Positions 51,583-61,058 of a stretch of 64,000 bases of DNA are shown here, piece by piece. The position numbers were made by a program, and so were the translations under genes. Origin of the DNA: Armatimonadota bacterium (GTDB lineage: Bacteria; Armatimonadota; SYMT01); the NCBI GenBank assembly GCA_041690135.1, contig JAWLHY010000012.1:128001-192000 (forward strand), written 5' to 3'. The notes beneath the pieces were generated by a model, which saw only the letters and a list, made by a program, of their open reading frames with translations, ran no database searches and was not told the DNA's origin. Every line of letters starts with the position of its first letter. The stretch's first letter is position 1.

Positions 51583-52515
51583 ATGAGACAACGGTTGTTG
51601 GGGACAGTCCGGGAAAGCAACGGGCTGGAAGGTAGCGACGGCCTGGCGGGGTGGTACCAGCCGGTGGGGTCGTATTACCTGGTCCGGTTCCTCGAAGCGG
51701 AGACGGAGAGCGCGGGGGGCATTGCGCTGCCGGAGACGGCGCTGCCGGACGTGCAGAGCGCGCTGGTGCTGGCACACGGTTCCGGTCCGGTGCTGGCGAA
51801 CGGGCGGCGGTACCCGATGCAGGGCGCCGTGGGGGACGTGGTGGTGAGCCAGTCGTTCCGGTTCGAACGGATGGACGGGCAGGCGTTTCTCGCGGATGAG
51901 AGCCTGGTGGCGCTCCAACGGTGGGATGGCGAGGGGCATGGGGCGCTGCAGGCCGCGGGGGACTGGGTGCTGGTGCGGCCGGATGGAGCGAAGCAGGTGG
52001 ATGCGGAGACGCGCGCGACGGTGCAGGCGCGGGAGAGCGGCGTGCTGGTGGCCTGCGCGAGCGTGGGCGGCGGGCACCTGCGGGAGCAGCAGCGCGGCGA
52101 CGAGATCGTCCGGGAACTGGAGGCGCTGGTCCGGACCGAGGCGTTCCGGCAGCAGCCGAGCGAGTTCTATCGCCACCGCATGATCCACGACTACCTGGAC
52201 GGCCTGTGCCAGTGGGAACTGCAGGCGCTGGGGACGGCCCTGAAGCGGAAGGGCGAGACAAACTGGCGCCACTACGTGCCGCCGCGGCCCCTGGCCCGTG
52301 CGAGTGCGGGCGTGGTGGTGAGCGTGGGGCCGGGCCGGGTGCTGCGAGACGGCACCCGCCGACCACCGGGGGTGCGGCCGGGTGACCGGGTGCATTTCGA
52401 TCGGCAGTTCCAGGCGGTGGCGCTGTTGTCGGAAGGGGACAGTCTCTGGGCCGTGCGGGAGCAGTTCCTGGCGGCCGTCGAGGTGACGGAGGAGAAGACG
52501 AATGCAGGGTCCTGA
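51583..52515 (+). CDS. Tandem GroES/Cpn10-like co-chaperonin with a large insertion in the second domain
   Basis: YQPVGSYYLVR..ETESAGGIALPETA..VLAHGSG..GDVV, then GDWVLVRPD...[insert]...GVVVSVGPGRVLRDGTRRPPGVRPGDRVHF. Confidence 0.75.
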   Translation: MRQRLLGTVRESNGLEGSDGLAGWYQPVGSYYLVRFLEAETESAGGIALPETALPDVQSALVLAHGSGPVLANGRRYPMQGAVGDVVVSQSFRFERMDGQAFLADESLVALQRWDGEGHGALQAAGDWVLVRPDGAKQVDAETRATVQARESGVLVACASVGGGHLREQQRGDEIVRELEALVRTEAFRQQPSEFYRHRMIHDYLDGLCQWELQALGTALKRKGETNWRHYVPPRPLARASAGVVVSVGPGRVLRDGTRRPPGVRPGDRVHFDRQFQAVALLSEGDSLWAVREQFLAAVEVTEEKTNAGS

Positions 52516-54802
52516 GAGTTTATTCCCCCCGGAGGAGCGGTTTCCGGGCGCGGATCCGCGGAACCCATGGTCCGCGCAGCCGGGGCAGCCGGCGAACCTG
52601 ACCGGCGAGGCGCCGGGGTGGCCAGCGTCACCGGACGAGGAAGATGAAGACGAAGAAGCGGGGACTCCGGGCGGAGAGGAAGCGAGCCCGGCGCCCCCGG
52701 AACTGGGGCGGCTGGCGGAGACGGTGGACTACACCGTGCGGCTTTCCGAAGCGGCCCGGAGGCGGTTGGGAACGCAGATCTGCCGCGAGATCGAGCGGTA
52801 CGAGGCGGCGGTGCAGTCGCGGAAAGAGCTGCTGCAGGAGTGGCGGCGGGATTACGAGATGGTCCCCTCGGCCGGTCCGGAGCCGTGGGACCATGCCAGC
52901 TCCCTGCGGGCGCCGTTCGCGCGGGTGGCGGCCGACCAGCATGCCACGCGGTTGAACAGCCAGATCGTGCAGGCCGATCCCCCCTTCGCGGCGAGAGCCC
53001 GGACGCCCGAGGCGGTTGAACGCGCCCCGGCGATCGAGGAAGCCCTGGCGGCGATCCTGGAGGAGGCCAACTGGAAGGACGTGGCCCGGGAAGTGCACCG
53101 GGAGATCACGGCGGGGGCTGCCTGCCTGGTGTGCGTGACGTACGCGCGCAAGACTGCCCGCGTGCCGCGCCTGAAGGTGAACTTCGACGAGCAGAGCTTC
53201 GCCCGGCGGGTCCGCGGCGGCACGCCCGTGGAAGAGGCCTTCCGGGGAGCCGTGGAGTCGCGGCGGGACGGTACGCCCCGGGTACGGCTGGAGTTCGAAG
53301 ACACGGTGACCTACGACGGGGTGAAGCTCTCGTGCGTGCCGTGGGAGGACCTGATCGTGCTGCCCGTGAACGCCACCGACCCGGAGCACATCTGGGGCAT
53401 CGGCGAGCGGGTGCGGCTCCGCGGCTTCGACCTGCGGGAAGGCGAACGGGAAGGGCGTTATCTCAAGAATGCAGTGGAAGAACTCCTCCGCTCCCCCGGC
53501 GACAGCCCCGACGCGGACGACGTGGAAGACACCGAGGAATTCAGCGCGGTCGAGCTGGAGGACGGCGCGTATGAAGATTCTCTGTACCGGGAATACGACT
53601 GCGCCGAGCTGTGCTGGTACGACGACCTGGACGGCGACGGGTTCCAGGAATGGTACCTGGTGACGGTCCACCTCCCCACCGGGAAGGTCCTTCGGGCGCA
53701 GTACTCGCCCTACGAGCACGGTCGTCCCTACTACGTACTGTTCAACTACCTGCCCCGGTCGCGCCAGCTCTTCGGCCAGGGGGTGATCGAACTGCTGGCG
53801 ACCACCCAGGACGGCGCCACGGCCACCATCAACAACTTCAACGACCTGGTCTCGCTGCTGGTGGCGATGGCGGGGTCGTTCTTCGTGGACGAAGACAGCG
53901 GCATCGAGCCGGAGCGGTTCGTGTTCGCGCCGGGCCGGCCCGTGAAGTGCCAGGACCCGCAGCGGACCATCCTGCCGATGCCGGTGGCGCAGAACATTCC
54001 CGTCGCCCTGCAGGCCTGCCTCCAGGCGCTGGAGATGTACAAGACCTGGGCGGACCTGCTGACGGCGACCTCCAACCCGGTGGTGGGCCGGGAGACGGCG
54101 GGCCAGCACACGCTGGGCGAGCTGCGGATGGTGGTGGGCAACGCGATGGCCGTGTTCGAGGACAAGGCCGCCGGCGTGGCCCTGACGTGGGCCAAAGTGT
54201 GGGACCTGGTCCGCTGGACGGTGGCCCAGTACGCCGAGCACGGCCAGGTGCGGTACCGGAAGACGGCGCGGCCGGGGGAGGCCCCCGAGTTCAAGGCGGT
54301 GGACGCCGAGTTGCTGAAGGCAGAGATCGATCTCTCTCCGGCCGGCCTCGCCGAGTGGGCGGACGCCCAGGCGCGGGTGGCCCGGAACATGTTCGTGAAC
54401 GGCCTGCTGCTGCAGGACCCGCAACTGGCGACCGTGCCGGACGTGAAGCTGACGCTGCTGGAACAGACCCTGCGCGACGTGAAGCACCCCCGCGCGGAAC
54501 GGCTGCTGGAGATCATCCGGCAGGCCCTGGCGCAGCAGCAGCAGATGCAGCAGCAAATGCAGCAGATGCAGGCGCTAATGCAGGCGGCTGCGCCTCCCGG
54601 TCTCACCACGGAGAACGCGGAGGAAGGAACCCAATCAACCGCGGAGACGCAGAGGACGCTGAGGGGACGCGGAGAGGTAGGAAGAGAGGGACGGGACCAT
54701 TCGCACGCCCATGCTAACCAGTTGAGAGCGCAACTTGCGGAAGGAGATGCTGAAAGTACGCACGGAGCGGCTGGTAGGAGTGGCAGCCTGGCTCCCAGGT
54801 AG
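52502..54802 (+). CDS. Phage portal protein-like (podovirus/P22-type size)
   Basis: 766 aa after the terminase; ELCWYDDLDGDG..EWYLVT, PYEHGRPY, FGQGVIELL...Q, T..E.RM, Gln-rich tail as in podoviral portals. Confidence 0.7.
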   Translation: MQGPESLFPPEERFPGADPRNPWSAQPGQPANLTGEAPGWPASPDEEDEDEEAGTPGGEEASPAPPELGRLAETVDYTVRLSEAARRRLGTQICREIERYEAAVQSRKELLQEWRRDYEMVPSAGPEPWDHASSLRAPFARVAADQHATRLNSQIVQADPPFAARARTPEAVERAPAIEEALAAILEEANWKDVAREVHREITAGAACLVCVTYARKTARVPRLKVNFDEQSFARRVRGGTPVEEAFRGAVESRRDGTPRVRLEFEDTVTYDGVKLSCVPWEDLIVLPVNATDPEHIWGIGERVRLRGFDLREGEREGRYLKNAVEELLRSPGDSPDADDVEDTEEFSAVELEDGAYEDSLYREYDCAELCWYDDLDGDGFQEWYLVTVHLPTGKVLRAQYSPYEHGRPYYVLFNYLPRSRQLFGQGVIELLATTQDGATATINNFNDLVSLLVAMAGSFFVDEDSGIEPERFVFAPGRPVKCQDPQRTILPMPVAQNIPVALQACLQALEMYKTWADLLTATSNPVVGRETAGQHTLGELRMVVGNAMAVFEDKAAGVALTWAKVWDLVRWTVAQYAEHGQVRYRKTARPGEAPEFKAVDAELLKAEIDLSPAGLAEWADAQARVARNMFVNGLLLQDPQLATVPDVKLTLLEQTLRDVKHPRAERLLEIIRQALAQQQQMQQQMQQMQALMQAAAPPGLTTENAEEGTQSTAETQRTLRGRGEVGREGRDHSHAHANQLRAQLAEGDAESTHGAAGRSGSLAPR

Positions 54803-54833
54803 ACAGGCTGAAGCGGGTGTGGGGCGGAGCGAT

Positions 54834-54861
54834 GGGCTGGGGGTATCCCCCGGCCCTTTTT
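54834..54861 (+). terminator. Rho-independent terminator between portal and toxin B
   Basis: GGGCTGGGGG-TAT-CCCCCGGCCC-TTTTT. Confidence 0.7.
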
Positions 54862-54898
54862 GTTGGACCGGCGAAACGGCGGCATGGGGAAGGGTGTG

Positions 54899-57800
54899 AT
54901 GATGAGAGACGGGAGCGGAAACACAGGTGCAGCAGGAGGGACAGCCTTTCACACAACCAGCCCATATGCGGGATCGATACGGAAGTATGAGCAGGAGCTG
55001 GCGCGGCTGGAGCGGAAGTCCGCCGAGTGGAAAGGGGTGATGAGCGACCCGACGCAGCCGCCCGGACGGCAGAAGGCGCTGTTCGGGAGGCTGCAGGGGA
55101 GTGAGGCGTCGGGCCGGCCGGCGCCGGGGACGGTGAACGCGCGGGCCTTGCGGCTGCGGGCGCAGATCGACGCGTTGAAGCTGGCCGAGCGCGTGTACCA
55201 GGCCGACCCGACGACCGAGACCCGGCGGCGGCTGGACACCTATCTGAACCGGGGAGCCCGGATCCGGGACGAGCGGGACTGGGTGTGGAACGAACGGAAG
55301 GCCCTCCGGACGGTACAGCAGGAAGTGGAGAAGCTGCAGGGCCTGCCGGGTTTCGGCAACGCGCAGACGCAGTATGCGGCCCGATATAACGCCTATTTGA
55401 AGCGCGGCGGCGCGCTGCGGGCGCTGGAAGGGCAGCACGAGGCGGAGCGGAAGACATTCCAGAATTACCAGCCCAAGCCGGCGCCTACCGCACCTCCGTT
55501 CGGCTCCAGGCGTACCCCTAGCCGGACGGAGCCGCCGCAGCCGGGGGTAATTCCCGCCGGGTTCGTTCCAACCCAAAACAGCAAGCCGACCACGACCCCG
55601 CCCGTGAAACCCCGCCCCGGTGCGTCGCGAGGCCGGGCGTTCAACCCGTTTAGCTACAACGTGTACGGTCATCAGCCGGATTTCGGCGAATGGGCGGGCC
55701 AGCAGGCGGTCAAGGGGATCGAGAGCATTGGGCGGGTCCTGGGGTTTGGCGGCACGATCGACGCTTCCAAGCTGCCCAGCAAACAGTACGCCGAGCTCTA
55801 CCCACCGGTGTATCTCTCCGAGGACGACCAACAGTTGGCCCGGGAACTGGCGGAGATCGGGCAACTGCGGCCCCACGTTGCGGGGGTGATCTCTCCCTTT
55901 GTGAAGGCCTACCGGTCGGAACTCGGGCGGCTCCCGCGTACAACGCAAATGCTCATTCAAGCTCAAGCGGCGGCAGGAGTCGGTGCGCCGGGCCCCTCGG
56001 CGGAGGAACTTCGGAAGGCCGTACCGCAGGAGGTCTACGATCAGCGTTATGCGGAAGCCATCGCGCGCAGCCTGGGCGGAATGAACGAGCAGGGGCTGAT
56101 CGCTTCCTTTGAAGCCAAGCTGGGCCGGCCATTGACCTCGCTGCAGAAGAAGGCCGTGGGCGCCATCGCCGCCGCAGAACGCCTCAAGCTGTTGAACGAG
56201 GGGAACTACACCCAGGCGCTTTCCGGTGACCTCCGTAACGTAGTGATCAGCTATGCCGCGGGGGCGGGGGCGGGGCAGTTCTTGCGGTATCTCAAGGGGC
56301 CGGCGGCCGGACTGGCGCAGAAGCTGGGCACGCGGCTCCCGCCGAAGACCCAGGCGGCGATAACGACCCCACTGGGCAAAACGTCCACCCAGGCGCAGCG
56401 GCTGACCGAGCCGGTCCGGAGGAAGGTCCCGCCCGTGGTGCGGGAAGCGCTGATCAAGACGCTGGACCCGGTGGAGCATACGGCCGCGGGGGTGTCCGAA
56501 GCGGCAATCCAGGCGTTTGAAGTGGCCTCCGACCCCCACCTGACCTCCGGCCAGCGAGCGGAAGCGCTGCAACGGGCGTTTGTGGAAGGGGCGAAGGCCA
56601 ACCTGGGCTTCGAAGCGATGCTCCAGGGGGTGCTCCTGGGCCGGCACGTCTGGCGTGGAAGAGGCAAGGTGGGTGGCGCCGACCTGTCGCGCCTGCGGGA
56701 CCAGGTGGCCAAGGATTTCCGCACCCTCGAGCCCCAGTTGGAAGTCGATCCGGAGGCGCTCGACCGGATGTCCGGAGTACCCGGCCTGGGGAAAGCCTAC
56801 GCGATCGTCCGAAGGGGCCAGGCTAAAGGCGCCAGGTTCGGCGTGGTGGAGGGGTATGGGATCGTGGAGATCGGGGCCGAGCAAAACGGCCGCGTGTTTG
56901 TGCGTGCCGTGGCCCAGCCCAGACAGCGGTTCGAAGTGCCCGCGGACCGCCTGCACGAACTCACGCTGCCGAAGCCACCCGTCGGCACGCGCCCACCCGC
57001 ACCCGCCGGAGCACCTACAGGGAAGCCGGATACCAGCCGGAGGACTCGCCCGCAGGGGGCGCCTCCCACGGTAAAGCCTGCAACGGTACCCCAGACAGCG
57101 GGCAACCCGAAGCCGGGCCCGAACGCGTCGATGCACCCACCGAACTCCATGGCGGGAGCCCCGAAACCGGGAGAAGGCCCGGCAGGAGGAGGCAAGAAAA
57201 CACCCGCAGAGAAGACAGGTGTCCCCTGGTCCGCCAAGCCCGTTGATGCGGGCACCGGCGAGGGGCACGGGGGGCACGGGGATCCCGGCGCCAGCCATGC
57301 GCCGCAGGGGATGGAACCGCCTGGGGACGGCCTCCCGCAAACCGTGCGGACCGCAGTGGCGGAACCCCCCTCCGGCCCAGGCAAGACGAGGAACGGTAGA
57401 GCGACCCAAGACCCCACGCACTCGCCTGGAAATGGGGCTCCCGATCCGCGTGCGGATTACTCCGCCACCCAATCCAGGAGTACGGTAGTAGATGACGGTG
57501 CCGGCTCCAGGAAGAGTGCAGAGGGTCCGGTTGGCGGCAAACCCGGACGCGACGGGGGAGCCGGTACCGGCTCCGGTCCGGACAGCCGCAGGAAACCGTA
57601 CGGCCGGAGTGGCTCCACCAGCTCTTCTGGGACACCGCCCCCCGGAGGCGCTCCGGCGGGAGGGCCGCCGCCCAATGCTGGAGGTGCTCCGCCGGGAGGG
57701 CCACCACCCAATGCCGGAAATACCGGCCGGTCAGCCCCGAAACCCACCACCGCCCCCGCGCAACAGCCGGGGGCGGTCGGCGTTTCTGGGCCAGGTCGAG

Positions 57801-59203
57801 GGGAGTTACCAACAACGCAAGGCCAGGGGAGACCGGTCCCGGTAGAGGCAACCGGGGATCCCGCGGGAGCGAAGCCCGGGCAGTCACCGGACACCCACCG
57901 CAGAACCGGACCGGGAGTGGCCCGGTCCGTAGAGGCTCTGCGGCGCGAAGTGGACGGGGAACTGCGGGAGGTGCTGAAGCGGCTGGAGAGCGGCGGACGC
58001 ACCGCGCAGGGAACGGGGCGCTTCACCCGTGCGGGGGATGTGCGGCGCCTGGAGGAGCTTCGCCGCGAGTGGCGGGACCTGGAGCGCGGCTGGGGCGGGC
58101 AGTACCGGATCGGTGAGCCGGTGCTCGGCATCCGGTGGGACGGTCGGACCGAAGCGCTGATCTACGACGGGATGGCGAGCCCCACGCACGCCTACGTGAA
58201 GGCCGCAGGGACGGGGTTGCGGCGGCCAGGCACCGTGCCGGTGGGGAGTCTTGCAGGTGCAATGGCGGCTCAGTCGAAGCTGAATGCTCCCACTACGCCA
58301 GCTACTTCGGGTGCTCCCACACAGAACTTGACACCTCCTTACATGCAAGCCATTCCGTTGAAACAGTCCATCGGGGGATCTGACAGTATTGCAAATGCAT
58401 CACATGGCAAGCGCCCGGAGGTGTTCGGTCGTCCCAGTGGGATTGAGCAGTATGCTAACGATCATCCGAAGCAGCACGCACAATCGAATGATCGAGGCGA
58501 GAGCATTCTCGCATTCCCTGAAAAGAATAAGAGCTCCAAGAAAGTAGAAGAGAAAACTGGTAAGGGCAAGAAGGACAAGAGGCCAGAGCAGATCAAGGAG
58601 TGGGAGGGTCGCCTTATTGACGAGTGGGGGTTGAAGGAAGTATATCTCGGTGAAACAATCCACATCGCGCAATGGACCTATACGGGTTTAAAGAGCCTGC
58701 GCGAACTCGGCCTACCACTTCCAAAACGTGTGCTCGTAGATGCTACATCGTTTGCGACGCGTGGCCGAGTGGCACAAGCGGACATTGACACTCGAAGTCT
58801 TCACGTCAACCCGCTCAGTAAGTATTTTTCCAGTCGCACTGCAATGCGAGAGCAGATTAGAGACGACTTCGATAGTGGATACGCTTCGACATCTCACGAG
58901 CATCACATCCTACGGCATGAGTGTGCCCACTTTGAGCACGCTGATGTGGTTGGGGCACAGGTTATTAAGGCGGAAATGACAGCACACGGAGCGTTCCCGA
59001 CAAACCTGGTTGGGGACGATGGAACACCCAAACCGATACCTCCTGGTGACCCAATCGATACTGCTCGCTTGGTAAGTGGCAGAGCAGTAGACAGTGCCTC
59101 CGAGTTTGTTGCTGAAGTGAGAGCTAAGGCTCTGAACGGTGAATCAGTTGAGGAACTTGTGCGAGAATGGTATTATTACTTTGGTGGGCCAACGCTTCCG
59201 TGA
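54899..59203 (+). CDS. Putative polymorphic toxin B (intact): coiled-coil N-terminus, Pro/Gly linker, pre-toxin domain, C-terminal zincin metallopeptidase
   Basis: HILRHECAH (HEXXH) plus downstream SEFVAE; abrupt GC drop at ~58250 where similarity to the 61.5-62.5 kb copy ends. Confidence 0.7.
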   Translation: MMRDGSGNTGAAGGTAFHTTSPYAGSIRKYEQELARLERKSAEWKGVMSDPTQPPGRQKALFGRLQGSEASGRPAPGTVNARALRLRAQIDALKLAERVYQADPTTETRRRLDTYLNRGARIRDERDWVWNERKALRTVQQEVEKLQGLPGFGNAQTQYAARYNAYLKRGGALRALEGQHEAERKTFQNYQPKPAPTAPPFGSRRTPSRTEPPQPGVIPAGFVPTQNSKPTTTPPVKPRPGASRGRAFNPFSYNVYGHQPDFGEWAGQQAVKGIESIGRVLGFGGTIDASKLPSKQYAELYPPVYLSEDDQQLARELAEIGQLRPHVAGVISPFVKAYRSELGRLPRTTQMLIQAQAAAGVGAPGPSAEELRKAVPQEVYDQRYAEAIARSLGGMNEQGLIASFEAKLGRPLTSLQKKAVGAIAAAERLKLLNEGNYTQALSGDLRNVVISYAAGAGAGQFLRYLKGPAAGLAQKLGTRLPPKTQAAITTPLGKTSTQAQRLTEPVRRKVPPVVREALIKTLDPVEHTAAGVSEAAIQAFEVASDPHLTSGQRAEALQRAFVEGAKANLGFEAMLQGVLLGRHVWRGRGKVGGADLSRLRDQVAKDFRTLEPQLEVDPEALDRMSGVPGLGKAYAIVRRGQAKGARFGVVEGYGIVEIGAEQNGRVFVRAVAQPRQRFEVPADRLHELTLPKPPVGTRPPAPAGAPTGKPDTSRRTRPQGAPPTVKPATVPQTAGNPKPGPNASMHPPNSMAGAPKPGEGPAGGGKKTPAEKTGVPWSAKPVDAGTGEGHGGHGDPGASHAPQGMEPPGDGLPQTVRTAVAEPPSGPGKTRNGRATQDPTHSPGNGAPDPRADYSATQSRSTVVDDGAGSRKSAEGPVGGKPGRDGGAGTGSGPDSRRKPYGRSGSTSSSGTPPPGGAPAGGPPPNAGGAPPGGPPPNAGNTGRSAPKPTTAPAQQPGAVGVSGPGRGELPTTQGQGRPVPVEATGDPAGAKPGQSPDTHRRTGPGVARSVEALRREVDGELREVLKRLESGGRTAQGTGRFTRAGDVRRLEELRREWRDLERGWGGQYRIGEPVLGIRWDGRTEALIYDGMASPTHAYVKAAGTGLRRPGTVPVGSLAGAMAAQSKLNAPTTPATSGAPTQNLTPPYMQAIPLKQSIGGSDSIANASHGKRPEVFGRPSGIEQYANDHPKQHAQSNDRGESILAFPEKNKSSKKVEEKTGKGKKDKRPEQIKEWEGRLIDEWGLKEVYLGETIHIAQWTYTGLKSLRELGLPLPKRVLVDATSFATRGRVAQADIDTRSLHVNPLSKYFSSRTAMREQIRDDFDSGYASTSHEHHILRHECAHFEHADVVGAQVIKAEMTAHGAFPTNLVGDDGTPKPIPPGDPIDTARLVSGRAVDSASEFVAEVRAKALNGESVEELVREWYYYFGGPTLP
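57220..58250 (+). repeat. ~1-kb direct repeat copy 1 (copy 2 at ~61506-62520; diverged partial copies at ~44080-44600 and ~46260-46470)
   Basis: Near-identical DNA and protein (PVDAGTGEGHG...GLRRPGTVPVGSL). Confidence 0.9.
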
Positions 59204-59257
59204 CTGTCGGCCAGAGTTTTGCACGGCACGTTTTTGACACGGAAGGAGAAGATCTCA

Positions 59258-59527
59258 ATGGAAAAGGACTTGAAGAGGCAGGAGCTTCCTTGGGACTATC
59301 AGTGTCGCTTCTGCGTACACTTTGATAAGGAGAATCCTCATAAATTGCGATGTGATGCGTTCCCTGATGGGATACCTCTGGAGATCGCCCATAACGTTGT
59401 AGACCATCGACTTGCCTTCCCAGGAGACAACGGCATCCGTTATGTATCGATTCCGGGAAAGCGGAAGTCACCCTTTATTGAGGATGAGGAGATGAGCGAA
59501 GTGAGGCAGATTGAGCAAAATCGTTGA
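59258..59527 (+). CDS. Small Cys-rich candidate immunity protein (CxxCxH...CxAFPDGIP...DH...PGDNGI)
   Basis: Motif read directly; follows the HEXXH domain; paralog at 61059. Confidence 0.7.
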   Translation: MEKDLKRQELPWDYQCRFCVHFDKENPHKLRCDAFPDGIPLEIAHNVVDHRLAFPGDNGIRYVSIPGKRKSPFIEDEEMSEVRQIEQNR

Positions 59528-59661
59528 TTAAATACTAAAGGGTATGGTCGCTCACCCAGTAGACTCCTGCGAATCCGGGCTGTATCTGCAGACTGGATCC
59601 CAGTAGCTCCGCCCCCGCGCAGAAGCCGGGGGCGGTTGCCGTTTCTGAGCCCGGCCCGGAG

Positions 59662-61056
59662 ATGGCAGGAGAAACTCCGGGGCTGGGGCCGCAGCAGGGG
59701 AAGCCGCAGCGGATTCCCCGGTCGCAGCAGGCCCCAGCACCGGTAACCACAGTCAGGACGCCGGTCGCGCCGCCGGAGCTTCCGGGTCCCGCGCTGGCGC
59801 AGCAGTTGCCGGCGGGGCAAAAGGTCCGGCACATCACCGGGCTGCGGGAAGCGGCGGACTGGCTGCCGTGGTTCCTCGCCGGGGGCGGGCCCCTGCCACG
59901 GGAGATCAAAGCCGGGGGCAAGGAGATCCTGGCGGAAGGGCGGGGACCGTACTCCGTGGTGATCGAGCTGGACCCTAGCCGGGTGACGGGGCGGCAGCTG
60001 CATGCGAAAAGCGAGGTGTACGGGCTGAACCACATCGGCCCGGATGCGGTGACAGCGTTCGTGGCGCCCAACCGGCTGGTGCTGCGGCGGTACCGGGCCA
60101 AGCCGGGGATGGAGGCCGCGTTCGACTTCGAGAACGCCCAGAAGGTGAAGCACGGCTACCGGGTGCTGCGAAGGGGACGGCTGACTCCGTTGCTGGCTAC
60201 TGGACCTCAGTTCACGGCAAGGCACGGAGTCCAGACCAGTGATGACAACATCTGGCGCGATGCTCCGGAGGTAGGGAGTGCCCGAGATCGGACGCTTGAA
60301 CGGCGCCCACTGCAAGCGCTTCCCGGCCCGGAAGACACTTCATCTGCTCGTGATACACCGTGGTCCAGGAGCGAGCAAAAGCGACAGCGGCGAGCCGCAG
60401 AGCGGGCTCAACGGGAGATTCGAGGTATCGATGAAGCTTCCTGGGCGGACTTCTCGTAGATGCCGGGTAGGATCGCTGAGCGGATTATCGACGAACTGGC
60501 TGCCTTGCAGCGAGACTTCCACTTCACCGTCCGGGGCATCTATCCTTCAGACCATCGGATCTGGTGGAGTGCCAGACCGCAAAGCACCAGTTACTTTGAG
60601 ACCGATGGACACCTGCTTGCCTATGGCGTTGATCGGTGGCATCCTGACGCAATTGAAGCCAGTCTCCGAGAACTACAGGCACAAGAACATACCAGCCAAG
60701 CGTCGAAATCGCTCGTCGCGGCCGTGGATCATGACGTATGCCATATGATGATCGATCAGGCTATTCAGCAAAGGAGCGGAAGCATCAAAGCCAGACTGGA
60801 GCAACGTGTTCAGGAACGTGTGGAACAGTACCGGCAGGAACTGGGAGAGGCTGCTATTGTGGAAGAGTTAGGAGATTACGCGTGGTATGGGACGCTGCGC
60901 AACCGGAATGAACCGGGCCGTGAGCCTCTGGACACGGCATGGAAGGAGACGATAGCCCAGGCCTTCTCCGCCTATCGTGCGGACCGCGAGACCGTGAGTG
61001 AGCCTACCGCGCGTCTGGTAGAGGATATCCTGGAAACGTTGGACTTGAGGAGGTAA
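59662..61056 (+). pseudogene. Orphan toxin cassette C with an in-frame TAG at 60457-60459 and a degenerate metallopeptidase motif
   Basis: ORFs 59662-60459 and 60460-61056 are in the same frame; VDHDVCH and ETIAQAF parallel the HECAH and EFVAEV of toxin B; junction motif at 59608. Confidence 0.55.
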
Positions 61057-61058
61057 GC

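Noticed and set aside
42554-57472. Long antisense or alternative-frame ORFs (e.g. 42554-44485, 50180-52366, 52628-54556, 54635-57472)
   Set aside because: Shadow ORFs typical of high-GC DNA, overlapping better-supported + strand genes and lacking motifs.
54899-59203. MuF/minor head protein or tape-measure annotation for the large ORF
   Set aside because: No recognisable MuF motif (e.g. HxNCRC) or tape-measure repeats; left unassigned pending profile searches.
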